From positions 1 through 64,000 of the forward strand of contig JAAOMT010000088.1 in the NCBI GenBank assembly GCA_016748015.1: 64,000 nucleotides of DNA, in the 5' to 3' direction. Shown in pieces: positions 48,320 to 62,900 of the stretch (within the stretch, counting starts at the first letter, position 1; each line of letters begins with the position of its first letter). A program made the position numbers and the translations under genes. This DNA comes from Geosiphon pyriformis uo1. Taxonomy: Eukaryota > Fungi > Glomeromycota. The notes under the pieces were generated by a model, which was not told the DNA's origin, made no database searches, and saw only the letters and a program-made list of their open reading frames with translations.

Positions 48320-51300
48320 CTACACACCTATATTAACCTGCACCTGACCACCCAGACCAGAAAAAAAACAACCCAGTTTATGATGACCAAAGCAAACAGC
48401 AAAAGATTCAACCACCCTGAGCAATCTAACAACACCATCAGATAATATCAAGGATACTCCACAAGAGAGCCCAGAAACAATCTCATCATCACAAACCAAA
48501 CCAGCCTTCTCCATTACCACCTAGTAACTAGATCTCACCAACCACACCTTGGTATGATGCAATTCCACAACAAATCTTATGAAATCAACAATCCAAGCAA
48601 CAGCCACTTTTCTATTATCAAAAACACTACAAGCCTCCTGACACCAATCATTCAACACAAATTCTTTGCAGATCAGAGTGTACAACCCAACATTGACAGA
48701 GCATTGAGATAAAACCTACAATACAGTGGATGAAAAAACATTGAAAACACCAGCCAAGACAGACCAATGGGCAGAAGTCTCAGCCAAGATCTCATTACGA
48801 ATGCTGGACTTACGAACACAAGTAAAAGCATGGTTAGGGAACTCTACACTACCACACAGCAAACACAATACACCAAGGTAGCACTTATTATACAACCTTT
48901 TTCTAACTACCACCAGCAACCTTCTGTGCACAGCTTTCATAAAATAAGTGTGAAGCATTAAAGATTTACGACTAGTGAAGCCAGCAACCATATGAGAATC
49001 AGGATGACACACCTTTGCCATGACAACCCAGTCGATGCAACCAATCAATGCATCAGAAATTACATCATAACTAGAGCCAGCTTCCCAATGAGCACAACAA
49101 ATTGACTGAAAAATATCCCTAACAAAATAACAGACATTACTGGAAACTGCAGTACTCTCAGCAACCAGAAAATGTTTATGCACACCAGTCAACAGTGAAA
49201 AAGAAGATTCAGAGGCAGCCTGAGCAGCCAAGTCAGCTTTTTCATTACCAGAAACTCCAGAATGGTCTTTCACCTTAACCCAACTCACAACAAGATCCTT
49301 TTCTCTGATTAGATTGAAAATATGATACCTTTCTAGCCAGCATTGATTACAGAAATCAGGGCAGGTCAAAGACAACTCAAACACACAAGCATCAATGGCA
49401 ACTTGGCTGTCAAGATACAGCACCACAGTACTTGAAAAAGAAACACATTCCAAAGACAAAGCGACAGCCTGCAACTCATTTATAGTAAATGACAAAAAAC
49501 CATGAACAGCAACACCAACACTCAGATTTAGTGCCGGAAAGTACACAGCAGCACCACTGGCAACCTCAACAGAGCCAGCATTCCTCAAAAACCCATCTGT
49601 AAAAACCTCAAAAAAACCAGACCAAATGTCATGCAATCTATCCTTAATAGCAAAAAACTCCCCAGATCCCAAAATGTCTAAGCCACACAACCCATCAGAG
49701 CCAGCAGAACAAGAAGATGAGAAGCCCTAATCCTTCAAAAACTTAGAAGAAACTGCAAACCAGTGAGGCACAAGACCACACAAGTCCAATCTCTTCCAAT
49801 GGTGAAAAGTCTTTCAATCCAACAAGCCACTCTTTTTATCAAAAAGCTGATCATCAAAAGCAACACCAAAACACTTAAGAAACTTAACTGAATTAAAGTA
49901 CAGGGACTTCCCAAAAATATATAATAAAAGAAAACAACCAGAACTACGAAATGCAGTAGGAAGATTGTTCACCAAAGACAGTTCATTGCTCAAAAAAATC
50001 TTCACCACTCCAGCCAAAAAATTGTTTACTGGATTAACGCACAACCTAACAGAAAACTGCAAAGGATCCAAAGGAGCCCAACCAAAAACTTGCAAATCCA
50101 AAAATTTATGACTAAACAAATATCCGAGAATACCAGAAGCATTAGAAAACAGAATCAGAGCAGCCACTTTCCCTTTAAACTGCACTTGTTCAAAGGATTT
50201 CAGCCTATATAATGAAAGATGATACAAAGCAGCATCAGAAAAGTCATGGGGAAGGCAAACTTTAGATCTAAGACACTTCCTAATTAAGACATTCCACTTG
50301 CAACAAACACTAGGAGAGATAAAACTGAACTGCATATAATAGCTAACAATAGGCTGTAAGACAACCGAAACCAAATATGAAAACTGCTTATCAGTAATAG
50401 CCTTTTTTAGTGCAACATTAACAAAAAAACAAACGTCCACATGAGCTTTGACAACACTCTACTTGGACAACTCCTCTGTAGACAAAAAAATACCCAGATA
50501 ACAATGTGACTCACTCTTTTTAGCAATCAAAATTGGCTGACCACAAATACTCAATAAAGCAACCTTAACACCCTGATTTATAGGGATAGCCACCATCTTC
50601 TTACTGTTGATAGAAATATCATTGATCACAAAAAATTCACTGGCAATGTTCAACACATACTGAGTAGAGGCCTGACAATTCCCAACTCAGATAGTATCAT
50701 CAACAAATGCACCAGCTGAAAAATAAGAAGTCAAACCACCACCACCCTTGATCTTGCCATTTTTTGAAACAAACTTAGTATTAATTCAGTACTCACACAA
50801 TTGTTTGTGTCTTTTGACTTTGCACAAAAGCAGATTATAGAAGATTTTTTACAGAAGAGGTGAAAAGATCTCACCCTAATTCAGCCCATTATGCATCTTG
50901 TAACCACCAGACAAACCAAAATCAGTCATAACCCTGTTAATCCTATCCTTGTGAATACCACCAAAAAACTTAATGAATCTCTCACACATCTTGACACGTC
51001 GCAAGCTAGCCCTTAAATGATATCACCCAACCAAATCATAGGTCTTCCACATATCCTGCAAGACCAACCATACTTCCCTATTCTTCTTGATGGCATTCTC
51101 AACCACTGACCCAACAGCAAACACTGGAGATTGTGTGAATGTACTCTTTAACACCGAAAAATTGTCACCTTGAAGAACATCGAATCTACTACAAGCCACC
51201 AAAATACAATTGGATAGAATCTTTGAAAGAATTTTCCTGGCAGTCTCAATCAAAGCAATGGGCCGAGTGTTTGTAAAAACCCCATCCCAGTCATAAGACT

Positions 51301-53011
51301 TAGGAATCATCAAAACCCATGCACTTTTTCACAAAACAGGTACCACATCAACGGATAAACACACATTGAATAAAGCCAACAAGCACCCCAAAACTATCTT
51401 ACTGCCATATTTCCACAACTCATTTGGAATATCAGATAAACCAGCAGCCTTGTCATTAGGCAGACCACCAACAACTGAAAGCAACTTGCCTATACTGATA
51501 GCACACATAACACCAGAAAAGGCATCATTCTGAACATAGTCCAATGGAGCGTACTGACAAGTCCAAAGATCAGGTAGCACCAAATGCACTGAATGTTTCC
51601 TCATCCACCTTTCTATAATCTTGTCTATACTAGACTTTACCTCTTCAGGCTCCAAAACCAATTTGTCATTAACCACTAAGTGATCTAACACCACCTTGCA
51701 AAATGGTCTTTCCAACACACTCCTGATCATACCACTTTTGTTTGAACAAAAATTTTCCATGTGCTTCTCAATCACAATTCTAATGGAAGCTTCTTTGGCC
51801 AGCTTTGACTCAAACATCTTTGATCTCCTATAATCTTTGCAAACCAATGACAAATACTTAAGAATAACATCAGATTTTACTCTTGATCCTAACAAGTCAA
51901 CAAAAGCACAAGCCTTATCATTATCAAAAGTCGACCACTTATGCACAAGGCAATCTACATCAGGCAAGTTACTAGAGTGAAATTTCTTAACAATCTTGGT
52001 CACCAACAATTCCAAACCAAAAAACTTAGAGGAGTGTCTGTTTTTTGCATAGTTGAACTTGCTAAACCACTGTCTTGAAAACAATGCATCAGCAGACTCC
52101 ACCAAGATCTTTTCTAAAACCACCCACATAGCATCTATATTGCCACGGTTTTCAGCACCAGAGAACATGTTACTCAATAACAAGAGCTTAGATGAGGAGA
52201 GATCCTTAAACTTAGCCCATTTAGCACAGTCAGCATCTTTGATTTTGAACTTCCAACAATCTCTATTAGCCTGCCTGTGCATGTTATTCAATTCAGCATT
52301 CAGGAACCCACTTAAACCAACCAACACCACAACTGTCCTGTAATCAGTGTCAAAGAAGTCTGAAATAGAAACAACTTAATGACCAGCCATAGCAGAAAAC
52401 AGATTACTACTAACAAAAATGTAATCAATCATCTTCCCAACCCCTCTTAAGTTGTTCCATATAGAAGCTCCAACCAAATGATGACCAAAAAATAAGTTAA
52501 CCAAACCCAAATCCAAACAAAATTTGAAACTTGCACTCCTACCAAATTCATTCTTATTAAAGTTCCCACCCAAAACGACAAAAGAGCTGGAATTGACAGC
52601 CTTTACAATGAGAGAGTTAACCTTAGAAAACTGATCAAACCTAATCTTAGGAGAAGCATCAGCATACAACTCCAGAAGAATAACCAAGAGCCTGCCCTTA
52701 AACAAGAGTCAAACAGAAATGACTCAACCAGGAACCTCCTCAACCTTTAAAACATGACAAACCAAAGAATTGTTTATGATTACAGCAACACCAGCCCCAA
52801 GATAACCAACATTCAAACCAGAAGTAAAAATTCAAACTCCATCAAACTTATCCTTAATCCATGGCCCAGAAGAGGCCCTTAACTTCATTTCGGTAATGAA
52901 AGAAACCATATTTCCAGAACTCACATGCCAATGAACAATATCTGCTTGCTTAGTAAGAATATTGATACTTCGAACATTACATGTAGCAAATTTCCAGACC
53001 AGACTGGTCAT
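48320..53011 (-). pseudogene. ORF2 (APE endonuclease, RT, RNase H, C-terminal Zn finger) of L-b
   Basis: Collinear ORF fragments carrying the diagnostic motifs; starts at a TAATG stop/start overlap. Confidence 0.9.
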
Positions 53012-55025
53012 TAGGATGAAAATGGAAGAGAACAACCTGGATCAGAGCACAAAAAATCTAATCTCACCAGGACAGAACTAACTGAAGCTTCCAGAGCAGA
53101 CATTTTAGATTCTAAACCACCCATTTTGGAGGTAAGAACCCTTGAACCACTTGAACTGAGAACAGCAGTAGACTCATCAGCACCAGAGAAAGGGGAAGCA
53201 GATACAGTCAGCTCATTATCTAGAGCCATATCCAAATTCAAAACTGAAACCACAGGCACAAAAACAACTGGAGACACACTCTCAGAAAGAGGTGCCAATG
53301 GTACCAATTCAACAAAACTGAGTTTTTTCAAAATACCAGAAACCTGATTTGCTAAAATCTCTAAAGAGCGTTCTAAAGTCGCCAAACAATTGCCCAATTG
53401 AGACATGACAAGAAGATCAGACATTAATGAAGGAAGAACCAAACCAGAATGCAAATCAGTGCCAGAAGAACCAGAAGAAGACACACAAGAGGTGGCACTA
53501 CTAGCAACTTGAGCCCAAGTTTTACCAGTGAAAGACATAGGATGTGAAATAGGTGCTTGCTTTCTTTTATAAATGCCAGCCAATTAAACTCAATCTTGAT
53601 CAGAAATTACTCATTTCTCATGAACACCAAAATTTTCACCCACAGGACAGATGGCAGTAACATGACCAAATTGTCCACACTTGGTACAACGAACCAAACA
53701 AAGACCAGCCCAATGCAAGTTCACACTCTTAAAAACTAGAACCAAATCAATAGCAGCCAATTTGGCCACTTTACTCTCAAAACAGATTACAACACACTGA
53801 ACATGAGTATATGATATGAAATCACAGCCAATAACACAAGTTTTCCTATCATAGGCCTCCACCAAGTCCGAAAGATCATGAGCAGTCATACCAACTGGAA
53901 GGGTATACAGCAAAGCATGATAACAGTCCTTTGAAATCCATGATTCTTTGTCATTTACCACCAAAACCACATGCACAGAATTTTTTCTCACGAGAACAGA
54001 CCACTTAGAAGCAACCAAACAGACAATCTCAACTGATTCAAATTCAATCACAGCTTTTTGCCATAAACCAATCAGCTGCATTTTGATAGAAATGATCTTG
54101 CCAAATTTGGAAAACACAGCCTTTATTGCTAATTTGGAAAAATTGACTGGAATCTCCTTGATGATTATCTTCTGATCTATATGGCTGTTTATTTTTTTGA
54201 GATCATTATTGACAAGAATATTTTTACTGAATGCTAATAATCTGGTCTTATTCAAACTAGATTCACTTGTAAAGGTCAATCGAATGACTTCAGGAAATTT
54301 TGAGGGAGTTAAAGCACCCCCAAAACCATCAATTCTATAAAAAAAATTTTTTACACAAACCAACTTATTCACATTTGTTTTCCCAGGCACAGCAGACAAA
54401 TCAATATCAAGCATGAATGACTTTGTTGAATTAAAACTACGAGTCTCCAAGACACATGATTTGATTAGTATATACTGATTGGATCTAAAGTCCACATAAG
54501 GAGAAAGTTCAAGCACATTATTATCAAAATTCACAAGGTTGAAAGAAGGTTGTTTTGGAGGACTGCCCAGCATGTACATATGGGTACATGTTTTCCTTGG
54601 CGTAGTGTCATTCATATCATTGTTCTTACCCAATTCCACAAAGCTTGTTTCTTTAGCAATCATATTGCCATGTTTTCGACATCCAAGAGATTGCCCACAC
54701 TGTCTGAAACACTACTCACTTCACTACCCTAAGACACCACAGGCTCAACACCAGTACTACCAATATCTTCCAGACCCAGAGGGCCAGCAGATGAGTCCAA
54801 CACCACACCAGTGGCTGGCTTTTTCAGCTTTTTCTAAGATGCACTACAAGAGTAGATGGTATTCACACGTTTATTTTTGGCAGTCAAACGGGTCCCCAAC
54901 CCCACCAAACTAGAACCCAAACCACCAGCAAAAAAGCTCACAGTTTCATCATAACAAAGGGGAATGTATTGAGAGAAATAACTTAAGATAAAAAGGGAAA
55001 AAGAGGAAAAGGAAAAGCTATTCAA
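53011..55025 (-). pseudogene. ORF1 (gag-like nucleic-acid-binding protein) of L-b
   Basis: ORF fragments 54834..55025, 53611..54663 and 53011..53583; zinc knuckle and heptad-like segments. Confidence 0.85.
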
Positions 55026-55105
55026 TCAAATTTTATCTTTACTCTCATTGTGATCAGGGGATTGACAAGAGAAGAATTTTTTTTAAAATTAAGTTTATAC
55101 CACTC

Positions 55106-55220
55106 AATAATAATAATAATAATATTAATAATAAATTATAAAAAATATATAAATTATAATTATTTTAAGATTTTTAAATTTTATATTATAATTAGTAATT
55201 AAATTATATTTTATTAAAAC

Positions 55221-55275
<55 letters not shown>
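55106..55275 (+). repeat. (AAT)n microsatellite tracts; the first is probably the displaced tail of L-a
   Basis: Runs at 55106-55132 and 55222-55275; the first directly follows the duplicated CACTCA end of the L-a 3' UTR. Confidence 0.75.
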
Positions 55276-55278
<3 letters not shown>

Positions 55279-55446
55279 CATTTTTTTTATTTTTTATAAT
55301 TATAATTAAAACAAAAAATAAAATAAAAATCAATAAAAATAATTTAAAAGAATGTTTTTATTTTTGATTAAAAAATTTTTTTAATTAAAATTAAAATATT
55401 AAAGAACTTTAAAGTTTTTAATATTAAATTAATAATTAAAATACTG

Positions 55447-58400
55447 TTTTTTATTTTTATTTTTTATTAGTAGTTTATTAAGTAAAACTTAATTGTTATT
55501 TAGTACATAGAACCAGATTAAATGGCTCAAACTAAATGCAATTTATACACTTATTACATATAGCTAACCACTTAGACCAGATAAAACAATACTATATACT
55601 TATACAAACATGTATATTACTACATAAACTGAAAAAGAAAGCACAAGGTTTGCAACAGTCAAAATTAATCATAAAAGATTTAATAATATCAAGTATTTTG
55701 ATTATATTATCAGATAGTCTGAACACTATACTATAAAACAACCCTAAAATCAAACCACTATCTTTAATTAGACTAGTCTTTTCTATATTTATCTTATATT
55801 TAGATTCCATCAGTTATGCCTTAGCACAATACAATTCTACCAAATATTTTACATATTTGATAATCTTTAAAGTAGTTTTTTTTCTTCCATCAAAAATCTC
55901 AACAGCTTTCACATATCAATTTCTTAATACAAACCTCTTGTAAACTATTATATACAGATTAACATCCAAAGAATATCTAGAAAAAGTACACAAAACAGCA
56001 AAAAAAAACTGTCTATAAGCATTCATAGACATAACCTATTATATAAAAGCTTTAGATAAAATCTTTTTTCAAATACCAATATCTTAAACACAAATAAACA
56101 CATAATCAGACAACTTTACTTTATTATACAGTAAATACAGCACACTAAGATATCTCTTATTGTACAATTTTTTTTTAACTGCCATAAGCAGTTATCTATG
56201 TACAGTTTTTATTAAATATATGTACAGATTGACAGACTTTTTACTAGTAATCCAAAAAACATATGTGAATTAGAATGTTAAATCTTTGCAGTAACCATCC
56301 AATCAATATTTTTAATCAACACACTTAAAATTATACTGTGGCCTGAGCCAGTTTCCCAACAAATACAACAAACAGACCTATATAAATTTTAAACAAAATA
56401 ACAGGTATTATCAAATACAACTGTGTTCTTAGCCACCAAAAAACATTCTCATACTCTTATCAGCAAAAAAAAAGAAAGTAAGCAGTTTTGTTTGCCATTA
56501 TATTAGTCTTTACATTGCCATAAATACCTGAATGATCTTTGATTTTTACCCAATTTACAGTAAAATTCTTATTCCTAATTAGATTAACAATATGTCTCTT
56601 TTCTATTTAGCATTAATTACAAAAGTCAGATACAGCAAATAATACCTTAGATACATATGTATTAATAGCAACTTGGCTATTAAAGTATAAAATTACTGTG
56701 CAAGAAAATAGAACACACTTTAAGAACAGAACAATAGTCTGTAATTTGGTTATAATAAAAGACAAAAACTCATGTATTCTAACACTAATATCTATATCCA
56801 CAGCTGAAAAATATACAATTGTCTTACTAGCAATATTAATAGAACCAATATTTTTTAACAAACTATCTGTATAAATTTTAAACAAATCAGACCAAATTTT
56901 ATGTAAACTACTCCAAATATCAGAAAACCTCTTGAATTTAAAAATATTTAAGCCTAACAACTAATTGGCCTCAGCAGGATTACTTAACACAAAACTTTTA
57001 TTATGCAAAAATTCTAATATAAGTTTAAATCAATAAGAAACAGGACTCTTAGAATTCAGTTTTTTTTATTAACAAAAAGTCTTCCAATTTATTATATTGC
57101 TCTTTTTATCAAAAAGTTTATTACTAAAAGCAATCTTAAATTGCTTTAAAAAGTAAACAGAACTAAGATACATGGTTTTTTTCAAAATTACTAATATTAA
57201 AAAGTCATTAAGATTATAGAAAGCATTGAGCAAATTGTTTATTAAAGACAGCTTATTGTTTAAAAAAATTATTACCACAGCCAGAAAATTGTTTACTGGA
57301 CTAACATATAAATTAATAGAAAATTGCAAAATATTCAAAAGAGTCCAACCCAAAACCTGCAAATTCAAGAATCTATAATTAAATAAGTGGCCAAAAATGC
57401 TTAAAACATTAAAAAAAGAATTAAGACAGCCAATTTTTTTTTAGATTGTACTTGCTCAAATAATTTCAGACTATATAAAGAGAGATAATACAAAGTTTTA
57501 CTAGGAAAATCACAGGGCAAACAGATTTTAGACTTAGGGTCTTTTCTAATCATAACATCTTATTTGCAATACACACTTAACAAAACAAAACTAAACTAAG
57601 TTCTATAACTAATTATGGGCTGCAAAACAATTAACACTAAATAAAAAAACTGCTTACTCATAATAGTTTTCTTAAGCATTATATTGACAAAAGATCAAAC
57701 ATTAGAATAAGTTTTAACCACACTTGACTTGAATAATTTCTTAGTTGACAAAAAAATCTTCAGATATTTATGTGTTTTGCTTTTTTTGGCAATCAAAATT
57801 GGCTGACCACTAATATTCAAAAAAGCAACTCTAATACTTTAATTAATAAGAATAGCCACTGTTTTTTATTATTAATTAAGATATCATTGATTATAAAAAA
57901 CTTACTGGCAATGTTCAAAGCATATTAAATAGAAGTTTGACAACTTCCAATCCAAATTGTGTCATCAACAAATACATTAGTTGCAAAAAAAAAGAACATC
58001 TCACTGTTATTTTTAATCTTACTAGTCTTTGCCACAAACTTAATATTGATTCAATATCTACACAAATGTTCATGTCTCTTAACTTCACACAAGAGTGAAT
58101 CATAAAAAATTCTCCAAAAAAGAGATGAAAAGACTTCACTTTGATCTAAATTATTATGTATCCTATAGTTACTTAAAAAGCCAAAATCAGTTATCATTCT
58201 ATTGATTTTATCTTTATGTATATTGCCAAAAAATTTGATAAATCTATAACATATTTTGATTCATCACAAGCTAGCCTTCAAGTAGTGCCAACCAACCAAA
58301 TTATATGTTTTGCACATATCCTGTAAGACTAATTAAAGTTCTCTATTTTTTTTAAAAGCATTCTTAATTATTAACTCAACAGTAAACACAGAAAACTAAG

Positions 58401-59995
58401 TAAACATACTTTTTAAAACCAAAAAATATCACTTTAGAGAACATTAAACTTGCTACACACAAACAAAATCTGATCAGATAGAACTTTATAAAGAACTTTT
58501 CTGGCTGTTTTAATTAAAGCAATAAGTCAAGTGTTTATTAGAATTCCATCTTAATCATAAGATTTAAGAATCATTAAGACCTAAGCTTTCTTTTATAAAG
58601 TAGAGACATTACCAATAGACAAATATACATTTAGCAGATTCAAAAAACATTTTACTATTTTATTACCACTATGCTTCTAAGGTTTATTAGAAATACCAGA
58701 CAAACCAACAGCCTTGCTATTAGGCAGACTATCAATTACCAAAAGCAATTCTTCCATACTAATCTTTTTTATTACATCAGAGAAAGTATTATCTCTTATA
58801 TAATTCAATAATACATATTGATAAACTCAAAAATCAGGTATTGTCATAGACATAGTTTGCTTTCTTATTCAATCTTCTATTATTTTATCAATATTGAACT
58901 TTATTTTCTTTGGTTTCAAAACCAACTTACCATTTACTATTAAATAATCTAGAACTATTTTGTAAAAAAGCCAATCCAAAATGCTCTTAATCATACTATC
59001 TTTATTAAAACTAAAATTTTCTATGCACTTCTTAATTGCCTTTCTGATAGATACTTTTTCAGCCAATTTTAACTTGTATATTTTAGACTTTCTGTATTTC
59101 TTTCAAACTAATAACAAATGTTTGAGAATATTCATTAACTTTTTATTATTTTGAATTATGTCCATAATTATAAGAGCCTTATTACTATTCAAAATTAATC
59201 ATTTTTTAACAAAATAATCAAATCCAAGCATGTTATCCAAGTTCAACTTTTTAACAATTTTGGTAATTAACAATTCCAATCCAAAAAACTTAAAAGACTG
59301 CTTGTTTTTTGAACACTAAAATTCATTAAACCAATGTCTTGAAAATATTTTATCAGCCAATTTTATCATTATCTTCTTTAGTAACATTCATATATTATTC
59401 AAATTACCACAAGTCTTATCATCTAAAAACTTATTTTCCATTACTAAAAGCTTGGCAGAAGAGTGTTTCTCAAATTATATCTACTTGGTATCATTTGTAT
59501 TCTTAAATTTAAACTTCTAACAATCTTTATTAGCTTGTTTGCATAAGCCATTTAAATAAACATCCAAGAGCCCATTCAAACCAATTAAAACCAAAACAGT
59601 TTTGTAATCAGTGTTGAAAAATGTAGACACAAAATTAATTTTATAACTAGCAACTGTTGACAATAAGTTTTCACTAATAAAAATATAATTTATAACTTTT
59701 TTTACATCTTTTGAGTTGCTTTAAGTTAAGGCTTTGATTAATAAATGTTTACTAAATAAATTAACCAAACCCAAATTCAAACAAAACTTGAAACTTCCAC
59801 TTTTTTCAGATTTATTTTCATTGAAATCTCTATTTAAAACCACAAAAGTGCTGGAGTTAACAGTTTTGGCAATAAGAGAGTTGATCTCTGAAGTTTGACT
59901 AAACTTAGCTTTAGTGGAAATATTAGTATATAGACTCAAAACCATAATTAAGAGCTTGTTCTTAAAAAGAAGTTATACTAAAACAATGTGACCAG
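55447..59995 (-). mobile_element. 5'-truncated, eroded LINE copy L-c
   Basis: T-rich tail at 55447-55468, then 3' UTR, RNase H, RT and part of APE (VVLNRDFNE); stops within APE near 59995. Confidence 0.88.
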
Positions 59996-62900
59996 TATTA
60001 TATAAATACATCTAAGAGTATCATTTTTTTTTGAAATAACTAAGCTATTTTTAGCTAACAGATTTTCAATATCAATTTTTTTTTCTTTTGAGAAAGATTT
60101 TTTTTATTTTACTATTATTAATTAGATTTTTGGTGGTTTATTTTCAAAGAATTTTTGTATTTCTTTTATTTTTTTTTAAGTATTAAGCTAATTGGTTTTT
60201 AATCTTTATAATAGATTAAACAGAACTTGTATTTATTACTAAGAAAATACAATAATTTATTGCACCAATACCAAACATAAAGACTATGCTACCAATAATT
60301 GTATTTGGTTTTTTTGTTAGACTTTCTATTAAAGATTCTTCTAAAAATATCATAGTAAAACCAATAGATTAACTTGCTATTTACAATAATTTTTTTTCTG
60401 TCAGCTTTAATATTATTTAATGGCTTGCTATTATTAATAAAGATAGTATAGATAAGTTCAGCAGTTTCTTTTTGTTCTTTTTTATTTTCATTTTTATCAC
60501 TTTTTTTATTATCTGATTTATCTAATTGTTTTTCTTTTAGGCTTTACTTAAATACTAAAAGAGTTGTCTAATAACAATACTTAATTATAATAGGCTTCTT
60601 ATTATATTTAATGATTAGCTTACAAAGTTTATAATTCAATAAGGCTTTTGCTTTCTTAAACCACTGTTACAAGTGATTATTTGGAGTATTAAAACAAATA
60701 ACAAATCCATAATTTGGTGTTCAATAACTGATAATATTGGTAATTTCTAAAGATTTTGAAGTTTAAAAGTTTTGATTAGGTTTTTTGTATAATAAACAGA
60801 AATTCAATTGATGATTTTTTCTGTAAATTTCTTTTTTTAGCATGGTGACTGGTTTATTTTGGTAGTCATGTCTTTCTGGTAAACTATCTTTAAATTTCTA
60901 CTTTTTTTGGGGATTTTTTACTAGACTATCTTTGTTGTCAATTACTTAATGCTTAATTCTTTTAATTAATTAATAAACAACAAAGAAACAAAATAAAAAA
61001 AAATAAAAAAAATAAGAAATTAATATTTCATTAATAGCTATAATCAAGAACTATTAGTCCAGTGTAGTTAAATATTGGATTCTATTAATATGAAGTGTTG
61101 ATAGAGTAAAATAAATTAATATTTCTTTAATCAAATGATAATAACATAAATTGAATAATAATAAATAATTTTATTAATATGAAAATAATTCTACTTTAAG
61201 TCATAGAAAACTATTTTTTGAAAAGAAAAGTATTGGTTTTAACTAAATTAAATTATATCTATTTTTTTGAATTTTATTGGAATTTTTTTTTCTGCTTTTA
61301 ATACTCTTGCTATATATATCTAATTTATGTTATACAAGATTTTTTGAAATTCTGCAATTTTTTAAAAAAAATTCTGGAATTCTGGAATTTTTTTTTTACT
61401 ATGTCTATTTCTAATTGGCTATTTTACTTATTATTATAATTCTTACTTTTTATGAATTATACTACTTATTGCTAACAATAATAATATATTTTTTAGCTTT
61501 AGAAGCTTCTATGTCAGTTTTAATGCTAATGTTATTAATATAAACAGAAACAGTTTTTACAATATCAAGTCTTTTCTTTTTGTTACTATGTATATTGATC
61601 ATAAATCTGGTAGAAAATTTATCAATCTTTTTACTAATGGCTTTCAAAAAGTGTTTAATAATAATACTTACAAATAACTTACTGTCTAAGATTAAGTCAA
61701 TAAAATAACCAGTCACTTGGGCTTTGCAAATTAGAAGAATAATATTACTGTTGTTAGTAAGTTCAGTTTAACAAAAATGCTTGTTAGTTTTTAGTGTCTT
61801 TTTTTTTGAAATCAATAATTTGTGGAGATTTTTTTTGAACTGTAGATAAATTATTAACTAGCCAAAGATAATGTAAGCTGAAGTTTTCATAAAACTTTTA
61901 ACAATAAAATAAAAGCCGGATTTTTGTACTATCTTTAAGAATTTTAACTTTGAAGAATTCTTAAAAACTTTAGTCTTTAGTGGCTCATTGTTATTAGCAA
62001 TAAAAGTTAAAATTTTGTTAAGATCTAAGAGAAAATTAATCTTAACTTTTTTTTTTTTGTGGATTTAGAGAAATTAATAACCAGTTTATTTATATCATAG
62101 TTATTATTAATTAAGTTGAAAACATAAAAAAAGTTTTTTTCTGATTGGTTTGTACTCTTAATTTTTAGAGATGTGTTTACTAGTTTAAAGATTAATAAAC
62201 AGTGGCTTTAACTAAAAAATTCTTTCCAAAAAAATTAATATTGGCATAATTAAATCTTTAATTGGAAACATTATTGTTGTTAAGTCTATTGTTTTAATTA
62301 TTATTGTTTTTAGAAACTAAAGAAAACAAAGAAAGATTGTTGCAATTTCTGAAAAAATATTTAATTAATCTACAATAATAGCATATAAATAGGTCATAAT
62401 TTTGTTGTCTTTGATAAAAAAGTTGTTAAAATTGATTAAAACAAAGTTCAACTTTAGGTCTTTGAAATTGTTAAGTTTTTCTGACTGCTTGGGCTAAAAG
62501 TTTTAATAACCAAACAAGATTGGCTGTAAGTTTATTTATTAATTGTTTATTAAGATCTTGAGTTTAGATAATAAAAAAGATAACAGCCATTTAAGATGCA
62601 AAAGCTATAATAGAAGCAGAAACAAAAACTAAAAGTGTGGTTCCCAAATGTATTTTTTGGTTATTTTCAATTTTTTGTACGAGTTTAATAATTATATTCA
62701 TAGTTAGATTATCTTTTAAAACCAGAAGAGATTAAAAAGCATAAAATAAGTTAGTTCTCAATTCTTTTATAAAAAATGAATTTTTTGTTTTTTTGTTTAG
62801 TTTTTTCCAAAATCTATTTGTTTGATAAGCTTTCTAATTGATTTGACATATTTGATTACAACTTTACCAAAGTCTTGAATTCTTTTTTCTAATTTTATAT

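Larger units (their letters stand above)
48184..55083 (-). mobile_element. Full-length non-LTR retrotransposon L-b, the least eroded copy
   Basis: ORF1 (~55025-53011) with RRM-like region, CTKCGQFGHVTAIC and coiled coil; ORF2 (53011-48320) with APE, RT (TRPIALIE, AFVDDT), RNase H (FTDG, KVKDHSGVSGNEKAD) and CLLC...HAFTC; A-rich tail 48184-48206; TSD CACTCAAT at 48176-48183 and 55101-55108. Confidence 0.93.
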
